DNA of 27,506 nt, from IMG/VR virus record IMGVR_UViG_3300030095_001123, positions 1 to 27,506 of that record. One strand, written 5' to 3'. How positions within the stretch are numbered: position 1 is the first letter of the stretch; each line of letters begins with the position of its first letter. This stretch comes from a virus. Lineage: Duplodnaviria; Caudoviricetes. Below are positions 17,376 to 25,864 of the stretch, piece after piece. Both the position numbers and the translations under genes were made by a program. The notes beneath the pieces were generated by a model that did not search any database, had not been told where the DNA came from, and saw nothing but the letters and a program-made list of their open reading frames with translations.

Positions 17376-18976
17376 GCTGCCATATCACTCCTTTCAACAT
17401 AAGACTCTTCACTGAGGATCGTAGTGTCAGGGTCATAGTAAACTGATCCAGCATTGCCTAACTTAGCAAAGGGTCTGTTCTTGTCAATGATAAAGTTGGT
17501 GGTGTTCTGCAATACCTCGTCATCAGTCTCAACATCACGCTCAATCTTGATGCATATGATTGCCTCTTCCTCAAGAGAGGCGGCATACTTGGTGCGTCCA
17601 TCATCATTGACCTGAGAGATAAAGATCACCCCAATGTTTAACTCTTTGGCAAGTTGTGCTGCACGTGAGCCTAGTGTGGTAAGTGTACTGGTAGCACCAT
17701 CAACACCTGAGTTTGATAGGTATGCAAGACGTTGCACATGGTCAATGAAGATGTACCCTGCACCATACACACTAGCTGCTAGGCGTATGTATTGCAGAAG
17801 TTTTAGCGGATCATCGTGTGACCTCATCTCAAAGACAATGGTACGCTCACCTTTAGTGGCTGTCTTTGCTGCCTCTATCACTCTTTCCTCAGAGATATTA
17901 TTCTCCTTAGCATCATCCTTAGTACGGACATTGCACCCTAACTCATAGGTAGCCATAGCACGGTAAGTGGTGGACTTCATCTCTTCCATGTGCAGAAGGG
18001 CAATGCGTACATCAGGTGTTCTGAGCAAGCCTGTCTCAAAGTAACGTATCACCTCAGTCTTACCTGTACCACGTGGTGCTTTGATAAACGTGATGCCACC
18101 CTTAACAAGACCACGCAGCTTGTCATCAAGACCTGTGTGACCTGTCGGTACGTACTCGTAGGGGTTCTCATTGCGTATAGCTGCCTCTACTTCCTCGTCA
18201 GAACAGAAGAAGTTATCAGGTGAATACCTTTGTGGTTTAAGTGCAGCCCACTTAAGATCATCACTGTCACCATTCATTAGGAAGTCATTGGCATCTTTGT
18301 GCTTGGACATAGGGACGTACCAAAACTTATCAGCTAATGCTTCATACAGTTTGTCTGCTGCACGTCTACCTGCATCATCCAGTTCACCTGCGTATACAAC
18401 TTCCTTGAAAGAGTTGAGGTATTTATGGTTAGCCTTGATAAACTTCTCGCCTATTGAGGCGCTGGGCAAGGACTTTACTGGATATTTCTCACCAAGTATT
18501 TGATACAAAGATGCTGCATCAAACTCTCCCTCAGTGATGTATATACGTGTGGATGATCCTGTGTTAAACTCTGGGCCAAACAAATGGTTCATGCCCATGC
18601 CTCTGTCTTTCATCCAAGACTTAGACTTGTCATTGTAATCACGATACTTGACCGTATGTGGGTACTTGTAAGCGTATCTTACAGGTTTATTGTCTTCACC
18701 TAGTTGAACTTGAATACCATAGACCTGACAGATATCAGGGTTCAACCCTCTTATATCGTTGAAGGTGCTACTCTTAACGGGTATGTCCATAATACTTATC
18801 CTCTGTTTCAAGGGGTATGTACCAGCAACCCAATCAAATGTCAACATACTCTTCTTGGATGGGTAGGACTCACCACAACTATGACAGAAGCCATACCCGT
18901 CATCATTCCAGTTGAATGCATCGGATGATCCACAGTCCTCAAAGGGACAAGCTAAATGTGGGTTATCACCCATCAA
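17372..18976 (-). CDS. DNA primase-helicase (T7 gp4-like)
   Basis: Zn finger CPFEDC..CHSC, TOPRIM ITEGEFDA/LDDAG/KDAND, Walker A PRGTGKT, IFIDH, ISQVN and KNRPF. Confidence 0.94.
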   Translation of the reverse strand: MMGDNPHLACPFEDCGSSDAFNWNDDGYGFCHSCGESYPSKKSMLTFDWVAGTYPLKQRISIMDIPVKSSTFNDIRGLNPDICQVYGIQVQLGEDNKPVRYAYKYPHTVKYRDYNDKSKSWMKDRGMGMNHLFGPEFNTGSSTRIYITEGEFDAASLYQILGEKYPVKSLPSASIGEKFIKANHKYLNSFKEVVYAGELDDAGRRAADKLYEALADKFWYVPMSKHKDANDFLMNGDSDDLKWAALKPQRYSPDNFFCSDEEVEAAIRNENPYEYVPTGHTGLDDKLRGLVKGGITFIKAPRGTGKTEVIRYFETGLLRTPDVRIALLHMEEMKSTTYRAMATYELGCNVRTKDDAKENNISEERVIEAAKTATKGERTIVFEMRSHDDPLKLLQYIRLAASVYGAGYIFIDHVQRLAYLSNSGVDGATSTLTTLGSRAAQLAKELNIGVIFISQVNDDGRTKYAASLEEEAIICIKIERDVETDDEVLQNTTNFIIDKNRPFAKLGNAGSVYYDPDTTILSEESYVERSDMAA

Positions 18977-19664
18977 CTAAAGCCGCCCATGATACAGGAA
19001 ATAAATCTTTCATACCTTGAGACACACACTGTGCTGTTTGTAAGGTTTCAAGTTGCGTATCCTTTTTGCATCTCAGATTGCACATATCAGCAAAAGCGTC
19101 AAGACTACCTGACCAATACCATTCTGTCATGGTGCTTTGTGGCAACACCATACGTGCTTGTTCTGGGCATACTCCTGCATCAAGAAGACCACGGTAACAA
19201 TATAAAGCATCTTCATAAGCAAGGCTAGGCATTGGGGTCCAACCATCGTCAGAAAAGTTCTCTGTCCAATACTTGTCTATATCCACTATACCAGCACTAC
19301 CTTGTTTCTTATCGTCAGCCCTACCACGCCACTGATCAGGCATATAAAACTCAGGTTCATCGTCCACATACCTACGACTGATCTCATTCCAACGTAGAAA
19401 CTTATGCTTGACCAACTGCCTAGCTACAAAGATAGGAGCCTTGACATGAAAGGATGCAAAGGCATGACCAAAGGGTGACATATGTTTGTGCTTGGCTAAA
19501 TACTTGATCAACCTCTTGTCTGTATCATGTAGGATAGGCGTCATACGGTCTCCTTCAACACCACTCCAACCTAGTTCCTTACTATTTTTACCAAAGGATA
19601 CACGTGCTGCATTGACTACAGACAGGTCACTCCCCATGTGATCTATGTATGTTACTTCAATCAT
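18966..19664 (-). CDS. thyX: flavin-dependent thymidylate synthase
   Basis: VVNAARVS, HKHMSPF, APIFVARQLVKHK..WNEISRRYV and PEQARMVLP motifs. Confidence 0.95.
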   Translation of the reverse strand: MIEVTYIDHMGSDLSVVNAARVSFGKNSKELGWSGVEGDRMTPILHDTDKRLIKYLAKHKHMSPFGHAFASFHVKAPIFVARQLVKHKFLRWNEISRRYVDDEPEFYMPDQWRGRADDKKQGSAGIVDIDKYWTENFSDDGWTPMPSLAYEDALYCYRGLLDAGVCPEQARMVLPQSTMTEWYWSGSLDAFADMCNLRCKKDTQLETLQTAQCVSQGMKDLFPVSWAALVDG

Positions 19665-19999
19665 CAGTCATGCTCCCCGTTGTTTCGCCTACCATTGTAT
19701 CCATCAACACGTCTAGCAAAATCAGATAATACTTTAGGATTTCTACTAGCAGTATCAAACGTACCAACAGTGATAGCTATTGCAGCTAGTAGTAACACGT
19801 GAGCTATTGCTGTTAGACCAAACACAACATAGCTACCCAAGAAGATACTAAACACAATGCACCACATCCATGCAAGTATCTGCAAGATTAGATGACGTGC
19901 ATTGTTGTCAGGTATATTCTTTAGTGGGCTTCTATCTGAGTCCATGATCAGTGTCCACGTGTCGTATATGTGTTGTCTCACGGTGCTGTACCTTTCCAT
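19664..19999 (-). CDS. membrane protein with two hydrophobic helices (start may be GTG at 19981)
   Basis: SPLKNIPD..RHLILQILAWMWCIVF..AIAHVLLLAAIAITVGTF. Confidence 0.75.
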   Translation of the reverse strand: MERYSTVRQHIYDTWTLIMDSDRSPLKNIPDNNARHLILQILAWMWCIVFSIFLGSYVVFGLTAIAHVLLLAAIAITVGTFDTASRNPKVLSDFARRVDGYNGRRNNGEHD

Positions 20000-20109
20000 A
20001 TTTTTAATTCAGCTTCCAACTTCTCTGCAAGATTTTTCCAGTACTTAACCTCAACCTTTAAGGCTTGATACTTCTCACACAATTCTTTATGTGTCTCCCT
20101 GTTTATCAT
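19978..20109 (-). CDS. small coiled-coil protein (43 aa, absent from the ORF track)
   Basis: Manual translation: MINRETHKELCEKYQALKVEVKYWKNLAEKLEAELKIWKGTAP. ATGA overlap with the integrase stop; AGGAG RBS. Confidence 0.6.
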   Translation of the reverse strand: MINRETHKELCEKYQALKVEVKYWKNLAEKLEAELKIWKGTAP

Positions 20110-21194
20110 TTCTTTCTCCTATCCAATGCCTCAGTAGCAGTCTCAAGATTATGTTTGAGGTAGGGGTTGAGTGACGTAATGTTCTTATGTCCAGTGACAG
20201 ACATAACCTGCATAGCCTCAGCCCCACCCTTAATCATCTCAACTATAGCTGTCTTTCTTAGATCACCCACACGTAGCTCTGAGGGTAGGTCACAGGCATC
20301 CTTTACCTCACCCACTAGATAGTTCATCTGGACTACAGAGAGTGGTCTGTAGGCGTTGTCTGAGGCTCTCTGACAGGGTACTACATACTGTTGCCAACCC
20401 CAATCAGTGTCTTGCTGTTCTAGCATCTCCATCAGGCGATCATCAATAGGTAACTCAACGGTAGCACCACGTTTAGATTGGGTAATAGTCACAGTCTTCT
20501 TGGTGAAGTCAATGCTGTCCCATGTGAGGTTGCGTATGTCTACAGGACGTTGACCCCACTCGTATGCAAACAGTACAAGCAACCCTACGTTACGCCATTT
20601 GTATTTACTAAACGCTGTGTCTAAGAACAACTCAACCTGTTCATTGGTCCAGATGATTGACCGTGGTGTATGACTACGCTTCTTCACGTTCTTCATGGGG
20701 TTATACATCATCAACTCCATTGAAATACAGTAGTTGATAAGCACTGAGAATATCCTAGCTAATTGATTAGCATGGTCTGTACTTACAGTAGCTTCCCACT
20801 GGTCATACATCTCAGTGCATATGTTTGTGTTCAACTTGTTTAGCGGAATGTTGCCTACTGATTTGTTAAACACAGCACCAGCACAAATAGATTTAAGATT
20901 ATACTCATAGTTTTTCTGTGTGTTATACGACAGAGAATTAAAATGCTTTGTGTTTAGGTAGTAGTCTAGGACTTGGCTTAGGGTAGAGCTTGGACCACAT
21001 CTACCTACTACTATCTCCCCTCTCCTAAAGCTATCAACCAAAGCTATTAGCTTAGGTATCTCATGCCTAGCTGTACGACCATCCCTAAATGTCCTAGTGG
21101 ATAGTACCCCAGCCCTAGCTACGTCCTCTGGTGGAACAAACATCCAGCTTGTACCACCGTCAATTTTTCGTTTGATCTTGTGTGTATACTTCAT
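20106..21194 (-). CDS. int: tyrosine recombinase/integrase
   Basis: SAM-like core-binding domain and catalytic R (WGQRPVDI), K (QSKRG), DLRKT, TGHKN and Y (LNPYL). Confidence 0.9.
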   Translation of the reverse strand: MKYTHKIKRKIDGGTSWMFVPPEDVARAGVLSTRTFRDGRTARHEIPKLIALVDSFRRGEIVVGRCGPSSTLSQVLDYYLNTKHFNSLSYNTQKNYEYNLKSICAGAVFNKSVGNIPLNKLNTNICTEMYDQWEATVSTDHANQLARIFSVLINYCISMELMMYNPMKNVKKRSHTPRSIIWTNEQVELFLDTAFSKYKWRNVGLLVLFAYEWGQRPVDIRNLTWDSIDFTKKTVTITQSKRGATVELPIDDRLMEMLEQQDTDWGWQQYVVPCQRASDNAYRPLSVVQMNYLVGEVKDACDLPSELRVGDLRKTAIVEMIKGGAEAMQVMSVTGHKNITSLNPYLKHNLETATEALDRRKK

Positions 21195-21274
21195 GTTTAC
21201 CTTACGTATACTTTAAGTATTATTACTACCTTTATAATTAATAGTAGTAATAAAAACTTTAAGTAAGTACTTTA

Positions 21275-21303
21275 AGTTATACTCAATTAGATCTACAGTC
21301 AAG
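21275..21303 (-). promoter_or_regulatory. putative sigma70-type promoter upstream of the integrase/replication operon
   Basis: Minus strand CTTGACT-N15-TATAACT (or TTGACT-N17-TAACTT), with a TGTGAC-N5-GTCACA palindrome immediately upstream. Confidence 0.55.
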
Positions 21304-21315
21304 TGTGACCTGTTG

Positions 21316-22296
21316 TCACATATACTTTCTTGATACGTAATCACTGGTATAACTACGTGATTCAATCTTAGCCTCGTCAATCAGTAGATCAGGTGTGAAC
21401 CCCATCTCAATAAGCATTTTAGTTACTAGATCAGGATGCTCTGAAACTAATATATGCATATCCTCAGTGTCATAATTATCCAGAGGCTCATTGTAGTTAC
21501 CATAAGTTTTACCACTTAAGCTACCCCATCTTGACCAGAAGTCATCATCATCATAGTGCATCTCGTACATGGATGGATCACGTGATATCACTAGCTTGGA
21601 CCAGTCAGCTTGTGTCAAGGCATACATCAACAGGTCAGCATACTCAAGGTCTTGTGTCTCATTGACACCGTGCTGACCATAGTAACCTACACTGATGTTG
21701 GTACACTCAGGAACTTTATCAGCATACTCATTGCTGTCAGTGAATGAGCCACCTGTGTCAGCCACAAGCTGTGGTAGGTCAAGTGCTGTAGCAAATGATT
21801 TAGCAAAGTCATCTGATGCTGTACGTCTGCCCATCTGATGTGTGATCACTGAGTTTTCACCGTATCTGTCAAAGGATATAACTGCGTCAATGTGTGTCAA
21901 CCAATAAGGATGACTCTTGACAAGTGCGCCACTACCAACACAACCAGACTCTTCTGCTGCATGGACTACATACACACCCTCAATACCCTCTTCAATCATA
22001 CCAAGCATGAGCCATACACCAGTAGTACAGTCAGCACCAAGGCATGAGGATGTAGCAGCGTCAGCTACGGATACTATGTTGTTAGTGACAACAAGCTTCT
22101 GTAAGCCCTCTGTCTTGTGTACTGTGTCATGGTGTGACGCAAAGCATATCTTAGGGTTATCACCTATACGCAGTATGTAGTTGCCGTTGATATCAGGCAA
22201 ACCAAAGTGTGGTTCTAGGAACCGTTCACAGAACTCTTGCTGAGTGCTGGAACCTTGCGGTCTCTTGTACCGCAGCATTTCTATTAAGCTATACAT
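21316..22296 (-). CDS. M28/M20-like zinc metallopeptidase (amidohydrolase)
   Basis: Metal-ligand motifs SHHDTVH, LGADCTTG, AEESGCVGS, ISFDR, FTDS and NISVGYYGQH..ETQD. Confidence 0.85.
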   Translation of the reverse strand: MYSLIEMLRYKRPQGSSTQQEFCERFLEPHFGLPDINGNYILRIGDNPKICFASHHDTVHKTEGLQKLVVTNNIVSVADAATSSCLGADCTTGVWLMLGMIEEGIEGVYVVHAAEESGCVGSGALVKSHPYWLTHIDAVISFDRYGENSVITHQMGRRTASDDFAKSFATALDLPQLVADTGGSFTDSNEYADKVPECTNISVGYYGQHGVNETQDLEYADLLMYALTQADWSKLVISRDPSMYEMHYDDDDFWSRWGSLSGKTYGNYNEPLDNYDTEDMHILVSEHPDLVTKMLIEMGFTPDLLIDEAKIESRSYTSDYVSRKYM

Positions 22297-23912
22297 TATT
22301 CTTCCTCTTCTACTTTTATCCAGACACCTTCAGGATTCTTCTCCCAAGTATCATTACTATCAAGAATCTCATCCTCTGCTACATCATGACCATCCTCAGT
22401 GAAACACCTGACACCATTGTTGTATACTTCACCATCCCAATCTGATTGGAAGTAATCATCTTCCATGTCTTTAGGTGATAGCCAAACCTCTTCAGACGTA
22501 CACCATGTTGCATCATCATCAAGCCAATGCTTACCATCCTTACACAGAATATAGTTGGCATCACGTGCATCCTCGGATACATTATCTAATGATGGCCCCC
22601 AACTACACTGATGCCAAACTTCAACAAGCTCAGAGTTGTGTACATGCTCACATATGTAATCACAGTAAGTATGCTCATTGTGGAAGCAATGCTCACAATA
22701 GTGATACCCATTATGCTCTGAGCAATAGTAATCATCCTCATTGAGTGACTCACCACACTCACAACACTCAGTGTATGAGCCATTAAGTATGCCATGATAT
22801 GTACTAGCATCCACCTCACCACATTCATCTATGATAAGATACTCACCATCACTACACTCAATCATACGCTGTGGTGTCACATCTAAGTATGGACCTATGA
22901 AACCACCCTGATGAGGCTTGGCTAGTAGCCTAGCACCTAACCAGCGTGATCCACGTTCATACCCTACTGCATTGATACTGTCAAGCCAATCCTGTAATTG
23001 ATTGATTGAGTTCTCACAAACACCATAGATAGGACCAGCTTGTGGTCTCTCTTTGTATGATGTACACACCATAACACGACCAGCAATCTCACCACTAGGT
23101 GTCTCTAACCAAGCAATCTTGAAGTCACCACTGCCATAGACAGAGCAAGGGTGCTGTGGCAGTTGATCAAACGTATACCGCATACATGAATGAGCAATAG
23201 CCTTTCTGGTAGTGGTAGTCTTAGGATTGTCCATGTCTGCCTGATTGTGTGAATAGGCATGAGTGAAGTCATCAGGTGATGTACCTGTCTTGAGTGTGAA
23301 GGTACGTAAGCCGAACCTCTCACGGAAAGCATCAGTAAGTATCTCAATGTCTGAGTCAGGTAACTCAGGGAAGATGTACTTGAAGGAACGACCAGCCTTG
23401 ATAGCTACCTGTCTGTCATTGTCTGCATCTTTACGTGTCTGGTACATGCTGATCTTACCATGTGCAATCTTGGAACGGATAGGCTGCAATGCACGTAGAC
23501 GTAACAACCAGTTCTGATACTTATGTTCCTTAGAACAAATGTCAGTCTCGTCAAGCTTGGTCCTGAGCCAATTAACAAACACATGATCTTTAAATATTGC
23601 ACAATCATCCTCAAAGGGACCAAAGCGTTGCAGTACCTTGTCAGTAGGGTGTAGGTCAGCAACCCTACGCACAATGAACCCATTGTAACGTGGGTTGACA
23701 CCAAAGGTGACACGTACCATGCTGTCAGCTATTGTGATGAAGCCACCGACAAGATCACCATTACTGTGTATCTCGTCTTCCCTTCTGATAGGGTAGGGTT
23801 TCCATTTCTCAATGTACATCTCAACAAGATACTCACTGTTGTCAGTGATACCACGCCCAACACATACATGCTGGGCTAGGTCTGGATCTACCATTACTAT
23901 CTCATATGGCAT
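22296..23912 (-). CDS. conserved phage protein with SCM core and C-terminal Cys/His-rich zinc-binding and acidic repeats
   Basis: 538 aa. HSCM..HPCSVYGSGD..IAGRVMV core, PYLD, then CCECGE..CEHC..CDYICEH. AGGAG RBS and TAATG coupling to the peptidase. Confidence 0.75.
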   Translation of the reverse strand: MPYEIVMVDPDLAQHVCVGRGITDNSEYLVEMYIEKWKPYPIRREDEIHSNGDLVGGFITIADSMVRVTFGVNPRYNGFIVRRVADLHPTDKVLQRFGPFEDDCAIFKDHVFVNWLRTKLDETDICSKEHKYQNWLLRLRALQPIRSKIAHGKISMYQTRKDADNDRQVAIKAGRSFKYIFPELPDSDIEILTDAFRERFGLRTFTLKTGTSPDDFTHAYSHNQADMDNPKTTTTRKAIAHSCMRYTFDQLPQHPCSVYGSGDFKIAWLETPSGEIAGRVMVCTSYKERPQAGPIYGVCENSINQLQDWLDSINAVGYERGSRWLGARLLAKPHQGGFIGPYLDVTPQRMIECSDGEYLIIDECGEVDASTYHGILNGSYTECCECGESLNEDDYYCSEHNGYHYCEHCFHNEHTYCDYICEHVHNSELVEVWHQCSWGPSLDNVSEDARDANYILCKDGKHWLDDDATWCTSEEVWLSPKDMEDDYFQSDWDGEVYNNGVRCFTEDGHDVAEDEILDSNDTWEKNPEGVWIKVEEEE

Positions 23913-23973
23913 ATTAATCTCCTTGTAAGAAGGGGTGTACCCTCACACAGTATTGCATGAGGGGTAGTGCTTT

Positions 23974-24474
23974 TTATTCATCCTCTTTGAGGGATTCAAG
24001 AAAGTCAAACATTTTATTCTGAATGGAGGATGCATCAGAACGTAGGTTATCAACAAGACCTTCAAGCTCACGCATCTTTTCACGGTAGTCTTCAGCTTTC
24101 TTATTAGCTTCCCACATTGCCTTAGCGTGTAGCTGTGACACATCATCGGGTGTCTTGTCCTTTGACAAGTTACGGTTCTGAATCTTGCGTGGATACCCAT
24201 AGTCATCACGCCATTTGTATAGTGTGGCTTGACTGATTTTGAAAGCCTCACAGGTCTGCCACCATGTATGGTGTGTGTAGTACTGGCAAGCACAGTGGAT
24301 CAAGTCCAAGCTGTGGTTTTTGTAAGATGGTTTCTTACGTTGACCAGTAACCTTGTTGTACCAATTACACACAGTACCTACTGACACATTGTACTTCTGT
24401 GTGGTGGCTGATAAGGTATTATTCTTGTAAAACTCTACCACTTCATGTTTTAAATCTAAAGGATAAGAGGGCAT
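23974..24474 (-). CDS. tandem helix-turn-helix protein with C-terminal coiled coil (likely start ATG at 24474)
   Basis: Two copies of an IS3 OrfA-like HTH (YPLDLKHEVV..KYNVSVGTVCNW and HSLDLIHCAC..AFKISQATLYKW). GAAAGGA RBS before MPSYP. Confidence 0.75.
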   Translation of the reverse strand: MPSYPLDLKHEVVEFYKNNTLSATTQKYNVSVGTVCNWYNKVTGQRKKPSYKNHSLDLIHCACQYYTHHTWWQTCEAFKISQATLYKWRDDYGYPRKIQNRNLSKDKTPDDVSQLHAKAMWEANKKAEDYREKMRELEGLVDNLRSDASSIQNKMFDFLESLKEDE

Positions 24475-24563
24475 TGTTTGTTCCTTTCTAAGAACATTTC
24501 TCATAAGGTACTTTATCAGTACCATGAAGTGCATATCTCCGAACTATGCACTCTAGGTAATGA

Positions 24564-24653
24564 TCAACCCATGAACAGGATTGCCATCGTCAATACAGCT
24601 ATCAATAATACAGCCGCAATGTCAATCAATATGTGGTCATACCATTTTTTCAT
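24564..24653 (-). CDS. 29 aa single-helix membrane peptide (absent from the ORF track)
   Basis: MKKWYDHILIDIAAVLLIAVLTMAILFMG; TAATG coupling and AAGG RBS. Confidence 0.55.
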   Translation of the reverse strand: MKKWYDHILIDIAAVLLIAVLTMAILFMG

Positions 24654-24820
24654 TATGTTACCTTTGCTTGATGCCATACAATTACACCAGAACCGTATAA
24701 TTGTTTTTGAAGGTTGTGTACCTCATCCCTAGTCATAAGACCTAGATACACTTTAGGGCCAGTCACCCCACACTTAAAGCCCCTCACCAAGTCAGGGTTT
24801 TTGGCTTGTTCACGTGTCAT
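24653..24820 (-). CDS. 55 aa hypothetical protein (absent from the ORF track)
   Basis: MTREQAKNPDLVRGFKCGVTGPKVYLGLMTRDEVHNLQKQLYGSGVIVWHQAKVT; TGATG and TAATG coupling at its two ends. Confidence 0.6.
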   Translation of the reverse strand: MTREQAKNPDLVRGFKCGVTGPKVYLGLMTRDEVHNLQKQLYGSGVIVWHQAKVT

Positions 24821-25215
24821 CACATTATCCTTTCGTATACTAGTAGTGCCTTGGCTGTTTCTGAGTACATACGTCTTTCTTCTCCTAAGATAGTAGACTT
24901 AAGGGCTTTGTGGGGTAACTCATGACCCATACCACTAATTTTGTAGTAAGTGTTTGTCTTAGTGTTTGTCACAAGAAAGACCTTATAGGTCTCAGTTACT
25001 TCACGTGGAGACACACCTACTTCGTTTGAAGTGTATCTCCTTTGATTACTGCCATCTTTTGGTTTAGTGTGAGCAGTACTACCGTTTCTGATACGGCGTT
25101 CCTTGCTGTAGACCGTATTCGCAGTTGTACCTAACACAAGGGCAGTCTCTTGTGCAGTTAAGCCACTCTTACGCAGCTTAACCATTTGTTCCATTTTCTG
25201 GTCATCCCAGATCAT
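24820..25215 (-). CDS. protein with GcrA-like N-terminal HTH domain
   Basis: MIWDDQKMEQMVKLRKSGLTAQETALVLGTTANTVYSKERRI matches the GcrA N-terminal pattern W.DE....L......G.SA.QIA..LG.TRN.V.GK..RL. Confidence 0.65.
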   Translation of the reverse strand: MIWDDQKMEQMVKLRKSGLTAQETALVLGTTANTVYSKERRIRNGSTAHTKPKDGSNQRRYTSNEVGVSPREVTETYKVFLVTNTKTNTYYKISGMGHELPHKALKSTILGEERRMYSETAKALLVYERIM

Positions 25216-25415
25216 TGCAGCATCCTATCAGCTTTGTGTTCAGCCCATGCAATGTTGATCTCATGCTTACGGCGATCAGCACTATGCTCCCACTCTTTCG
25301 GACCCATCATATCAGCATTGAGCTGGTACAATTCTTGACGTAAGACCTGAGACTGTCGGCTCAGTGCCGTCCACTGGTCAAAGAATTTACCACAAAGAAA
25401 GTCATCACGAAACAT
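25212..25415 (-). CDS. hypothetical early protein
   Basis: GGAGG RBS; coupled to both neighbours. Confidence 0.7.
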   Translation of the reverse strand: MFRDDFLCGKFFDQWTALSRQSQVLRQELYQLNADMMGPKEWEHSADRRKHEINIAWAEHKADRMLQ

Positions 25416-25543
25416 TATAGTTCCTCCATTTTGTATTTACTTAGAATGTACTGAGCAATCAACTCAGCAGCAAAGGTAGACACACCGCCCATCTGTGTTA
25501 GGGCAGTGAGTAGGTCAGCGTGTATACGCTGTTGGTTATTCAT
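25415..25543 (-). CDS. 42 aa hypothetical early protein (absent from the ORF track)
   Basis: MNNQQRIHADLLTALTQMGGVSTFAAELIAQYILSKYKMEEL; GAGGTG RBS and TAATG coupling. Confidence 0.65.
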   Translation of the reverse strand: MNNQQRIHADLLTALTQMGGVSTFAAELIAQYILSKYKMEEL

Positions 25544-25682
25544 ACGTCACCTCAATCCCTTTGCGTTGCATTGCATGACGCAGATCATCCACGTCACGCT
25601 TTGGCATGGTACAAAGCAAAGTGCCATTGACATACACCTTGACTTGCATCATTCTTACCCTCATTTCTAGGTCTGATTCCAT
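25536..25682 (-). CDS. 48 aa hypothetical early protein (absent from the ORF track)
   Basis: MESDLEMRVRMMQVKVYVNGTLLCTMPKRDVDDLRHAMQRKGIEVTYE; strong AAGGAGGT RBS. Confidence 0.65.
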   Translation of the reverse strand: MESDLEMRVRMMQVKVYVNGTLLCTMPKRDVDDLRHAMQRKGIEVTYE

Positions 25683-25698
25683 CTACTACCTCCTTTAT

Positions 25699-25745
25699 AA
25701 ATAAAAAGCCCCACATTCAACACGTAACCAACGTGGTGTGGGGAC
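25699..25745 (-). terminator. putative intrinsic terminator
   Basis: Minus strand CCCCACA-C-CACGT-TGGTT-ACGTG-TTGAA-TGTGGGG hairpin followed by CTTTTTATTT. Confidence 0.6.
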
Positions 25746-25864
25746 TAACCGTCTCGTGGTTTCTACGGTAAGATCACAAGTAGTGAGACCTTGCTCTTAC
25801 TGCTGCGGTTACGGGGGGGAACAAATGCAAAAAACCCCCACCCACTCACAGCTTGGGTATTATT

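Noticed and set aside
11417-18928. Many 60-110 aa alternative-frame or antisense ORFs inside nrdJ, the exonuclease, SSB, polA and primase-helicase
   Set aside because: They are fully nested in well-supported genes and are typical shadow ORFs.
23974-24534. IS3-family insertion sequence
   Set aside because: Only HTH domains are present, with no DDE transposase frame or terminal inverted repeats.
21917-24732. Nested ORFs within the peptidase, 538 aa and HTH genes, and + strand 24478-24732
   Set aside because: They are shadow frames; the minus-strand coupled genes explain the region.
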